Shown piece by piece: positions 1 through 10,500 of a stretch of DNA of 64,000 nt. Below the pieces are notes generated by a model. The model saw only the letters and a list, made by a program, of their open reading frames with translations. It did not search any database and was not told the origin of the DNA. A program made the position numbers and the translations under genes. Source of the DNA: Lytechinus pictus (Eukaryota); the NCBI RefSeq assembly GCF_037042905.1, contig NC_087247.1, positions 10,292,001 through 10,356,000 on the forward strand. The letters are read 5' to 3'. How positions within the stretch are numbered: position 1 is the stretch's first letter; each line of letters starts with the position of its first letter.

Positions 1-111
1 AAACAATATTTTGCGCACAATAATCCGATTACGGCCCTTTGGATGATCATATTCCAGTGAATGCAGAAATCCCCCCTCAAAAAATGAAAGAAAAGAAAAC
101 TGAAAAGCTGA

Positions 112-184
112 TGGTCTATATGAGGCTCGAACTCATGACCCTCGCGTTATTAGCACGATGCTCTGCCGACTGAGCTAACAGACC
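112..184 (-). tRNA. tRNA-Ile (anticodon AAT)
   Basis: Reverse complement is GGTCTGTTAGCTCAGTCGGCAGAGCATCGTGCTAATAACGCGAGGGTCATGAGTTCGAGCCTCATATAGACCA. It folds as a full cloverleaf with A and B boxes and anticodon loop CT-AAT-AA. T-runs follow downstream on the - strand. Confidence 0.88.
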
Positions 185-751
185 GTTCGCTGCACCACTT
201 GTGTGCACTTTGATACTAATAGATAAGTCGATAGGTCAGTATTTACCCAGAGATATACATGTACATCTTTTTAATTGATTTACCATGCATGCACAAACAG
301 GAACACAATGGAAGCTTGCAACGGCATTGTAAAACAAAGAACATAAATTACGATGCTGAAGATAATGGTCATGTAATGAGGTGTATGTTTTCATTGCTTT
401 TGGTTTCATCTTTTCCCTTTTCAAAATGTATTTTTCTTTCTTTCAAAGAAAAGCTTAATTTTAGAGAAACACAAAGCAAGTAACTTAATTCATTCAAACA
501 TATTTAACATAGTGGTAAAATCATACATCATTAAAGTGGATCGTTACGTTAGGCTTCGGATAAAATAAGCTGATTATAAAAATTCATTTGTATGACAGTA
601 TGATAGGGTAACAAATGATAAAGATATTCTTGGGCTCTTCTTTACATTGTGTTGGGACCATACTTTAAAAGCTTACAATTGTATATATGTATATATGTAA
701 TTCTATCCTTGTATAGAGTGCTCGATATGTCCTTCACAGGAAGAGCTTTGA

Positions 752-832
752 ATAATGAAATACAAGTTCACACGGTTGACTGAACCTACAAAGGTTCATC
801 AAATTTGTCAACCGTGTGAACTTGTATTTTAT

Positions 833-835
<3 letters not shown>
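752..835. repeat. Short palindrome (~29-bp arms with an inner hairpin)
   Basis: ATAATGAAATACAAGTTCACACGGTTGAC ... GTCAACCGTGTGAACTTGTATTTTATTAT, with inner TGAACCT/AGGTTCA. Confidence 0.75.
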
Positions 836-867
<32 letters not shown>

Positions 868-965
868 TGTAAAGAAATGGATGAAGAGAACAATGGTAGG
901 CGTAGCTTAAATCAAGGTTCCCCAGAGCTATCTACCCTTTGGAAAAATTGGCGATGCCGAAAAAA

Positions 966-1037
966 TGTCTCTGCCGGGAATCGAACCCGGGCCCCCAGCT
1001 TTGAACGCCGGTGCCTTAACCACTAGACCACAGAGAC
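966..1037 (-). tRNA. tRNA-like gene with anticodon TCA (opal-suppressor-like, Glu-like body), copy 1
   Basis: Folds as GTCTCTG-TG-GTCT(AGTGGTTA)AGGC-A-CCGGC(GTTCAAA)GCTGG-GGGC-CCGGG(TTCGATT)CCCGG-CAGAGAC-A, followed by T6. Confidence 0.65.
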
Positions 1038-1370
1038 GGGTTAGTGGCTAGGGCGACCCCGATCCGATTGACCGTCAGATAGACAGATTTTCGACACTAT
1101 ACCAATTATAATTTCCTTTGTCGGGTGAAGGTGGGTTTCGAATAATGACAAGCCGCCATGCTTCAGCTGGATCAAAGTTATTGCTTTGATACAGTACACG
1201 TATGGGAGAAAGTATACAAATGAGTAAAGTTATACATGTACAACAGCTTTGGCAACTCTTTAATTTAAATATTGTAAAGAAATGGATGAAGAGAACAATG
1301 GTAGGCGTAGCTTAAATCAAGGTTCCCCAGAGCTATCTACCCTTTGGAAAAATTGGCGATGCCGAAAAAA

Positions 1371-1442
1371 TGTCTCTGCCGGGAATCGAACCCGGGCCCC
1401 CAGCTTTGAACGCCGGTGCCTTAACCACTAGACCACAGAGAC
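1371..1442 (-). tRNA. tRNA-like gene with anticodon TCA, copy 2
   Basis: Identical to copy 1 and offset by 405 bp. Confidence 0.65.
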
Positions 1443-1529
1443 GGGTTAGTGGCTAGGGCGACCCCTATAGTGTCGAAAATCTGTCTATCTGACGGTCAAT
1501 CGGATCGGGGTCGCCCTAGCCACTAACCC

Positions 1530-1601
1530 GTCTCTGTGGTCTAGTGGTTAAGGCACCGGCGTTCAAAGCTGGGGGCCCGGGTTCGATTCCCGGCAGAGAC
1601 A
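1530..1601 (+). tRNA. tRNA-like gene with anticodon TCA, copy 3 (inverted)
   Basis: Identical sequence on the + strand, followed immediately by TTTTTT. Confidence 0.65.
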
Positions 1602-1752
1602 TTTTTTCGGCATCGCCAATTTTTCCAAAGGGTAGATAGCTCTGGGGAACCTTGATTTAAGCTACGCCTACCATTGTTCTCTTCATCCATTTCTTTACAA
1701 TATTTAAATTAAAGAGTTGCCAAAGCTGTTGTACATGTATAACTTTACTCAT

Positions 1753-1810
<58 letters not shown>

Positions 1811-2074
1811 TAATGAAATCTTACAAATCCGTGACATACCGGTATAATATAATCATTGTGTTTTTAAATGGAACTTATTCCTGAATTTGATAGATTTTAT
1901 CATAATTCAGTTTCAAAGTTCGATTAGCTCTCCCGGTAAACAGATGTTTGTTTTCTGGACGAGATTATGATAAGTTTCCAATGCTACTGTGCTACTGTCG
2001 CACCCAAGAAACCGACTTCAAACAAACCAGTTGTATTCCATTGGGAGTAATGTATACGCATTGGTCGAACTGGG

Positions 2075-2455
2075 CCTGTGGAGCCGTGATATGTGCAAAC
2101 GCCGGGATATGTGCAAACAACGGTATATGTGCAAAATTTCGCCGGGATTTGTGCAAACAACGGAATTTGTGCAAACGCCACGCCGGGAAATGTGCAAATC
2201 TGTCAAAATTTATCAACGGCATCTGAGCAAACGTGACGACGGGATATGTGCAAATGAACAATTTTCACGGGAAAAGTGCAAACCTCCGGAATATGTGCAA
2301 ATTACTGTTTTTATCCATATTAAGGATATTTCTCATGAAAAATGTTTCATAACATTACTGTTAAAATGAGAAACATGGCTGCATAAAGGAAAAGCTACAG
2401 CTAATGTCATCGGCAATTAAACGCTTTTCAGAGAGGCAGTGGGGGGGGGGGGGGG
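2075..2455 (+). repeat. Left copy of an inverted repeat pair containing GATATGTGCAAA subrepeats
   Basis: Reverse complement of 5896-6222. The mirrored ORF translations (MCKRRDMCKQR...) come from this repeat. Confidence 0.85.
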
Positions 2456-4389
2456 CACCAGGCTTAGTGGACATTTGCTCCGGCGACAATTGCTCCGATG
2501 GAAAATCTAAACATTAAGCGAAACATAAAAGCTAACCTCCACAACTAAATACACCCTAATCGTAATCATGACAATATTCTGAACCAAAAACTCTATCACA
2601 ATCCTAACACTAATCCTATGCCCTCCGAGATATTAATTGTCGCAATTGTCGCAGGAGTAAATGTCGTGTCACCTTAAAGGGACATTTAGTACTGTTTCGA
2701 ACACTGCATGGGACAATTAATTAAAGGGGGTGGGAGAGGCAAGCATAATTTCCACTGATACACACATTGAACTTGATCTGTTGATTTCATTTCCAGATTT
2801 CATCAGAAGTTGTCGAATTTCTTTAAAATTTAATTATAAACCCAAAATGTCTTGATTACTATGGCATTTGATATTGATTTTCATGAATCTATGAACATTC
2901 AAACAAGACATTGTTTCCTATCTCTTTTAACACACCCAAAGTGATGTACCGACGCCAGCTTGTGTAATATCAGCCACATGTGTAAAAACACTGTACCCAC
3001 TAACGTATATAAAAATATTTCACACACAATCATGTCATACTAGCGCACTACCAACAAGAGGCATTAATTTTGAACTATATACCCACAAATGCGATGTACT
3101 TTACTCTCTAAATTCAATATTTTTAGGTTGCAATTCATACACCTCGATTTTACAACGAATGTTCCATATGATATGAATGCAGGGGCTGCAATCCGGGGGG
3201 GGGGGGGGCAGGGGGTTCACAGTGCCCCCACTTTTGCCTTAAACAGTTTTCCCTTTTAACCAAAGAACTTTGCCCCTTTCATCTTAGAAGGACCCGTTTT
3301 ATGTGTTAAAGTGTACCCCTTTACCTTTTTATAAATATAAGTGCCCATTCTGGTATCAGATAAGTTTCCATTCCTGGTTCCGAAGTTACGCAATGTTATG
3401 TAAGTGCATGTCAGACCAAAAATTGCTCAAAAACGTGATTTCGTGTACAAAGTCAATGTAAATTGTGTTTTCAACCAAAAATCATAAATGTATGATTATT
3501 TTTAGTTTTGCTGGCCTAAATTTTATATTGTTTATGCTGTTTATCTTAGAAGAGTCCCCAACGAATTTCATTGAAAAAACAATGAAAAACAAAAGGTCAA
3601 GAAAATACAGAAATACATAAGAAATTGCAAAAAACAATATAATACATAAGAAATTGATCTGATATCACATTTTTTCATGTACACTTGCTAAGAACATCAC
3701 AAAGGGTTTCTATGCAAAAAATTAGAACATTTGGAGCTTTATTTATGGAGTTAGAGGAAAAAGTATGATTTTGCATACCAATTACGCATAAATTAGCATA
3801 ATTACGTAATAACGATTTGCATGAAATAAATTACTATACAATTTTGTAGATAATATATATCAGACAACATGCGTGCCAATTTTCGGTGCGATCGCGCGGT
3901 CGACGGCCGAGATCTCAAGGGGGGGGGGGGCTGAGAGGCCCCCCCCCCCCCCGCCATATGAACTCCAAAAATACCCCTGCCTAGATAGGGTTAAGTTGCC
4001 CATTTTCAGAGTGAAATTCTTCTTCTGTAGTGTGTACATTTTCACCTTTGATCAAGTGCCCCATATGAATATTCTGATAAATGCCCCTTCTCTTCTGGTT
4101 TGTTCAAATGTCCAATTTGCTAATATAAGGTATATGTATTTGCAATTAGCGTCCTTTTATGCAGGGGCATTTTTGTTTTGTTTCAAGTGCCCTTTTCAAA
4201 AGAGGAAGTGCCCTTTTTCGCTGTGCCCTCCCTTCCCCCTATCAATTTTGATCTGCCGACCCATGCTGGTAGTCTCCTTTTCCAGACCCAATGCGAGCTT
4301 ACCCTACAAGATGAAGGTTATTAGTCTACTTTTTAATACTCAGTCTTGGCCATATATTCTTCCAAACAACAGGATTAACGCTATACCTG

Positions 4390-4534
4390 GGGCCCGTTGC
4401 AGAAAGAGTTGCAATCAATCGCAACTCTAAAAATCACGCGCAACTTGATTTTCAACCAATCAACAGCGCGCATTTTGGAATTGCGATTGATTTTTTGGCT
4501 TGCGTTTAAACGCAACTCTTTCTGCAACGGGCCC
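4390..4534. mobile_element. PIF/Harbinger-like MITE
   Basis: TIRs GGGCCCGTTGCAGAAAGAGTTGC / GCAACTCTTTCTGCAACGGGCCC with a 3-bp CTG TSD. Confidence 0.8.
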
Positions 4535-5419
4535 CTGGACCAGCTAAGCGTAGTCTTTACTCAAATCCCGGTGGTTAAAAAAGATAAATAAACTTTAAAA
4601 CTTAGACCTCACCATCTTCTAAACCATTGCCATGTAATCAAGCATGAATATGGATAAAGAGTTATTATTTTCTCCAGACCCAGTCATCTGAAGAAAAAAA
4701 ATCAAGAATCTTCGAAACTTCAATCCCGTCATCTTCAATACTAAGACCCAGTAATGTAGCACATGGGTATACAGCGTAATTATACAGTGTGTGTACAGTG
4801 TACAGTGTAGTTTTTTTAATAAATGGGTATGGAGTAAAGGCTATGCTATAGGTACCCGTGCTTTGTTGTAGACTATTAGTTTGGAAGATGATGGGGTCTT
4901 AGTATTTAAGTTTTTTTAATCACCAGGTTTGGAGTAAAGACTACACTCTATATCCATTTTTTCCCACAGAGATGAGACGGTGGGGTCGTCAAATTGAAGA
5001 TCTCCTATTTTTTTTTAATAACAGCGTCTGGGGTAAAGACTGTGCTCTTATATCCATGCTTCTTACAGGGTCTTATTTTTGAAGATTATAACATAATTTT
5101 GTAAACGGGTCTGGAGTAAAGATTACGATATGTACCCTTGCGTTATAACGGAGTCTCATTCTTGGGTCTTAATTCTGAAGGTTTTTTAATCAAAGGTCTG
5201 GAGAAAAGACAACGCTTTATATCCATCTTTTTTTAAACAGGAATGGGACTGTGGGGTCTTGAAATTTTGTGTAAATAAACGGGTCTGGAGAATTGAGAAT
5301 ACGTTATATACACGTTCTTTATAACAGAGTCTTAGTAGTGGAAGATGGCGGGGCTTAAATAGTTTTGAATTTGTTTAATCACCCGGTCTGGAGTAAAGAC
5401 TACACTTTAAATCCAGTAA

Positions 5420-5508
5420 CCACCGATAGCTCAGTTGGTAGAGCGGAGGACTGTAGATGATTGACAACTGTTAACCTTTTGTCGCTGGTTCGAATCCGGC
5501 TCGGTGGA
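5420..5508 (+). tRNA. tRNA-Tyr (GTA) with a 16-nt intron at 5457-5472
   Basis: CCACCGATAGCTCAGTTGGTAGAGCGGAGGACTGTAG[intron]AACCTTTTGTCGCTGGTTCGAATCCGGCTCGGTGGA matches eukaryotic tRNA-Tyr. The intron is at the canonical 37/38 position and a T-run terminator follows. Confidence 0.85.
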
Positions 5509-5895
5509 TGTGGTTTTTTTGGCGCAAATATTCACTACTGAATGACACGCGCCGTATAAGCTAAAACAACAACTACAACAACAACAACAACTTTTTCCAT
5601 AGGAATTAGACGGTGAGGTATTAAATTTGATTTTTTGTTATTGATACAACAAGGTCTAGGGTAAAGACTACATTCTGTACTCATTTCTACAAGGTCTTAA
5701 TTTGGTAGACGGTGAGGTGTTGCAGTTTTTTTTATTATTTTTGAATGGCTATGCTCCTTATGTATGCTTTAGTACAGTATCTTAGTTCAGAAGGATCTTC
5801 AAATTATTAAATGACCGGGTCTGGAGCATTAAAAGACTACACTCTACATCCATGGCATTCCAAACGATAGTGGATCTTCAATTTAAGGTTGGTTT

Positions 5896-6222
5896 CCCCC
5901 CCTGCCTCTCTGAAAAGCGTTTCATTGCCGATGTCACTGTAGCTTCTCCCTTATGCAGGCATGTTTCTCATTTTTTAACAGTAATTTTATGAGACATTTC
6001 ATGAGAAATAGCCTTTACATGGATAAATGCAGTGATTTGCACATATCCCGGAGGTTTGCACTTTTCCCGTGAAAATTGTTCATTTGCACATATCCCGTCG
6101 TCACGTTTGCACAGATGCCGTTGATAAAATTTGACAGATTTGCACATTTCCCGGCGTGGCGTTTGCACAAATTCCGTTGTTTGCACATATCCCGGCGTTT
6201 GCACATATCACGGCTCCACAGG
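5896..6222 (-). repeat. Right copy of the inverted repeat pair (partner 2075-2455)
   Basis: Reverse-complement match, ending ...CACATATCACGGCTCCACAGG. Confidence 0.85.
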
Positions 6223-6499
6223 GCCCCGTCTTACAAAGAGATACGAATTGATTCGATCAACCTCAAATATATGGAAATCCATCAATATCATAATTTTTTT
6301 ACAGGAAATTTGCACAATGTCCATGTTAAACATAAAGAAGCACACTAAAGTTTCAAGAAAACAATGAATCTTTAAATAGATCCTATACATCATGTCTAGA
6401 AAACATTTTGAAAAAACATGCAGTTTAGATGTTGACATTATTGGCTTTCCATAGTTGTGGTTGATTGGATCAATCGCATATCTCTGTAGGACGGGGCCC
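6221..6499. mobile_element. Harbinger-like MITE
   Basis: TIRs GGGCCCCGTCTTACAAAGAGATACG / CGCATATCTCTGTAGGACGGGGCCC. Confidence 0.7.
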
Positions 6500-6606
6500 T
6501 AGCCCCTAGAGTCGGTAACTGAAACCTTTTTTCTAACCTTCAAACCATTGCATTTTCCTTTTCACCTTCCGTTACCAGTAACTATTTTTTTCTTGAATTC
6601 TCGCAG

Positions 6607-6703
6607 GTGATACTGTCATGGTCAACCACCTTATATTTGATGCCAACGTCACTCGCTTCATGCCGGATTACTGGAAATTAGTTTACGGTGAAGCACTGCC
6701 GAG
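6607..6703 (+). CDS. CACNA2D: alpha2-delta exon (C)DTVMVNHLIFDANVTRFMPDYWKLVYGEALP
   Basis: tcgcag| ... AG|gtgatt. Homologous to CDKELIQEVLFDAVVS..YW. An alternative donor after 6687 is possible. Confidence 0.85.
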
Positions 6704-7457
6704 GTGATTTAAAGAAGTGTTCTAACTGGGTCCTGTGTTTGATTTTAGCCTTAAATCAAGCCTATCGACTCGTTGCGATCCTAATTACAAAGAAATTGTC
6801 ATACCATTTGATATGAACATTCCAAATAAAAAAAAATCTTAGCAGTCAGTGTTCAGAATAGTGGTAGGACTACTTAAATCGAAGTTTATTCTAGTTCGAG
6901 CCTCCCTTTAGAAAACACCAGCATATCCAATTCCAAATCTCAATGACGCCATCATCGGCTTCGATTTGAAGCCGATTTGAACTTGACTCCTACCACAGGG
7001 CTTGCTGCAGAGCAAAATTATGATTTTATCATTCCTAACATTATGTCGAACTTAAAATTAAATAATTTTACTCTTGGATCTTTCATATTGCAAAATGCTA
7101 TTTATTAAAAAAACCGCGTCGTATCAGATCGCATAGAGTGCAGTGCGCTGGGCTTTGGTTCGGTTTGGCCGTTTTGTGAGAGGTAAGCCACATTCCCTAA
7201 AAACCCAACATAGAGGGAGTCTCACTAAAGTCACAAGAGCCCCCCCCCCCCTCGCCGCCCGCGAAATTATTTTTCCCACCGAGTTCTGGACCAAGATATG
7301 AATATTCATGACTTGCGTCTTCGGATTAAGAGTACGCATGCGCGTGGACTTGGCCTCGACCAGTGCCGGTCGTAAGCATTCACGTTGCTCAGAATGAATT
7401 AGCATCGTCAAATTACCGGTACCCTTACATAGTTACATAGGCCGGCCTTATAGGCTT

Positions 7458-7505
<48 letters not shown>

Positions 7506-10500
7506 AATTCTTAAACACTAGAATTAACACTAGAACTAGCTGCCATTATAATGGCAAGACATGTGCTAGACTAGGGATAGCTTAGGCTAGCGCATTAACT
7601 TTACCTCATATCTGGACCTGTCTAATGCCTATAATCATGATAATACTAATAGTAATAGCCGACTAATGCCATGGTTAACTTCGAACCGGTCAATTCCGAA
7701 CTTTACATTTGATTTTATTTTTTAATTACCATGGTTTAATATGTCTAGTCCGTATACAGAACCAGTCCTAGATCTAAAAAAAAAATATCTTAGTTCTAGT
7801 GTAGTCTCTAGATCTAGACTCTGATCTACGCTGTATCAGCATGGAACAACTAGTGTACCAAAGGGGGGGGGGGGCAGACTGCCCCCTGACGATTTACAAC
7901 TGATCCAGGGGACGTGCCCCCCCCCTTGAGAAGCCAAATTAATAATTTGTAATGTCAAATTGCAACCAAAAAAAAAAGACTTATGACTCCTCTTTTGAAC
8001 GTGAAGATCTTTTTTTTTTTTTTTTTTTTTGTCAAATTTTTTTCAGCTAAGAAATCCTTAATTTGGGGTGAAGACGGGGATCAACATCACTGATGTTAGT
8101 TTGTGCCTGACGTTAGAATACGTTCCATGCACTGCAGTGGCGTAGCTATGATTTTTTTCCTGGGGGGGGGGGGGGCACTGGGGGTCCTTGCTTTTTCAGG
8201 GGGGGGGGGCACCGGCCATTTTTTCCGGTGTGTGTGTATGTGTCACAAGGGCGGATCGGACTTTCGCCAATAGGGGACGGGGCCCGAAATTATCTTCACC
8301 TATATTTTCCCCGATCAGTCACTTCTTAGTTTTATTCTTATAAAACAACATAAACATGAAATAATCTCATAAGCCTTATAAAAAGTGTGAGCGCGAAGCG
8401 CGAGCGATTTTTTAAATAAATATTTTGGGCAATTGTATGTGTGATCTTGAACAAGATTCGTATGTAAACATGTAGATGGTTACTGCAAACGCCAAGCACG
8501 AGCAGAAATTTGTATTAAATGTTCTAGTATTACCGAAAAGGGAGCTGTTAAGGACTGCTTTCAGTTACCCACGAAGACGGTATATATTTCAATAATGCGA
8601 GTGCCAAGCGCGAACAATTTTTGACATTCCGACCTAAAAAATGATCATTCTAAGCACTTTTTGTATTAATAAATGGGATAGGTATGTAACTAATCAATTG
8701 ATGCGAGCGCGAAGCGCGAGAGGAAGAAAATTGAGATCTTAGACCTAAAAGCAGGACACTCTTTCATTTTTGTAATCATAAATATGATATAGTTAATTGG
8801 GTATCATTAATAATGCGATCGTGAAGCGCGAGCAGACAATTATTGATATTCTGATGTGAAACTGGATAATTTAAGTACATTTTAAATAAAGAACATGCAG
8901 GCTATCGCGCATGTTTTAGATTTAGACCTAGAATCTGGGCATTCTGAATACTTTTGTTTAATGGAACATTATGGAATACACGTAGACATTATAAACTTGG
9001 CAAATCAAACAATGTGACCACGCAGCGTGAACTTAAAATGCTGACATGTAGACCATAAAACAGACATTTTACAGAGCACTTAAATTTGTAAATGAAAAAA
9101 AAAATAATGAAAGCTCGAACGAAGTCCGAGCTAAAATATGTATTGTATATTGACTTCAAAACTTGCTCCATATCAGCCTATTTTGCAAGATATGAATCTC
9201 ATCGAACAGGCAATTCTGGCGCGAAGCGCAAGCAAATATTTTATAAAGTAACATGAAAGATTTTTTTCAAGTCTTCCCCTCACATAATTTCATTCACTCG
9301 CCTTCTTCCCCTTTTTTCCCTCTTCTTTTTTTTTCTTCTGTCTTTAGTCTTCTTTTCCTTTTTCTTTTCTTCTTTGTCCCCCTTTTTTTTTGCTCTGCCA
9401 ATTTTTTTTCGGGGGGGGGGGGGGGGCACATCAAATATCAGGGGGGGGGGCACGTGCCCCCTCCCCCGTAGCTACGCCACTGATGCACTGGCGTACCTAG
9501 GATTTTCCAAAAGGGGGGCAAATTTTTGGAGGATATTTCGTCCGCGAAAAAATGTGACAAGCACCCCCCCCAAAAAAAAAAAAAAAAAATAAAAATAAAA
9601 AGATCTTCACGTTCAAAAGAGGGGACATACGTCTTTTTCATTGCATTTTTACATTACAAATTATTAATTTGGCAGTCTGCCCCCCCCCCCCTTTGGTACA
9701 CTAGTGGTTCCATGCTGATACAGCGTAGATCAGAGTCTAGATCTAGAGACTAGACTCGAACTAAGATAATTTTTTTGTGGATCTAGGACTGGTTTTGTAT
9801 ACGGACTAGACAAACCATGGCAAATAAGCTAACATTTGTCTAAACCTAATTAAACGTAAAGTTCGGAATTAACCAGTTCGAAGTTAACCATTGCATTAGT
9901 CGGCTATTCAGTGTTGTAGTCAAGGCTCAAACCTCCAAGGCCAAGGCTTCAATACCAAAGGCCAAGGCATGAAAACCCAAGGCCAAGGCATGAAAACCTC
10001 AAGGCCAAGGCATTTCAAACTTACGATATACAGAACAATGAACTAACAATACTTAAGCGGCAGACATCACACCTGGTAAAATGTATGTGAGCGAGGGGAC
10101 TGAGAGAGAGAAAAAAAATTACCTTTGTACATTAAAAAAAAAAAAAAATTCATGATAGAGAGTTAGAGACCGTTAAAATAATGATGTAGTTACCTGTGTA
10201 CACATAATCCATAATTTTTCTAGGCGATTTACATTGCAATAATTATTATTACCACGGTCATCTGATCCTGGCATTCTCAACGTATGTTTTTCTCCACTCC
10301 CTGGGACAGGGACAGCAGAAAATTATTATTGGGGGGGGGGGGGTCAACGCCAAAAAGGCACTCATTTATCATAATGAGTTTTTTGTGCAAACAGATACAT
10401 GTATTTTCAAAATGAGATTATGAACTGCGTGAAGTAATTGTATGTTTTGTAGAAATTAAGTTGAGCAAAGGCTTTCTAAAGTGATTATTAATTATAAGAT

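Larger units (their letters stand above)
862..1753. repeat. 405-bp direct repeat (~1.5 units) followed by an inverted partial copy, flanked by (TA)n; each unit carries a tRNA-like gene
   Basis: ATATTGTAAAGAAATGGATGAAGAGAAC recurs at ~864 and ~1269. Positions 1466-1753 are the reverse complement of the unit. (TA)n tracts lie at ~832-866 and ~1754-1806. Confidence 0.9.
4260..5850. repeat. Degenerate satellite (core GGGTCTGGAGTAAAGACTAC) that switches orientation near 4780-4820
   Basis: TAGTC...TCCAGACCC-type cores occur before ~4750 and GGGTCTGGAGTAAAGAC-type cores recur after ~4825. Confidence 0.65.

Noticed and set aside
966-1037. Selenocysteine tRNA
   Set aside because: Only 72 nt with a 4-nt variable loop and a 7/5 fold. 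It lacks the tRNA-Sec long arm and sequence.
1944-2030. Possible upstream alpha2-delta exon (..RDYDKFPMLLCYCRTQ..)
   Set aside because: No convincing match to the expected W.YC segment, and weak splice context.
1948-2369. Cys-rich repetitive ORFs (also 5968-6367)
   Set aside because: They are translations of GATATGTGCAAA subrepeats that are open in several frames on both strands.
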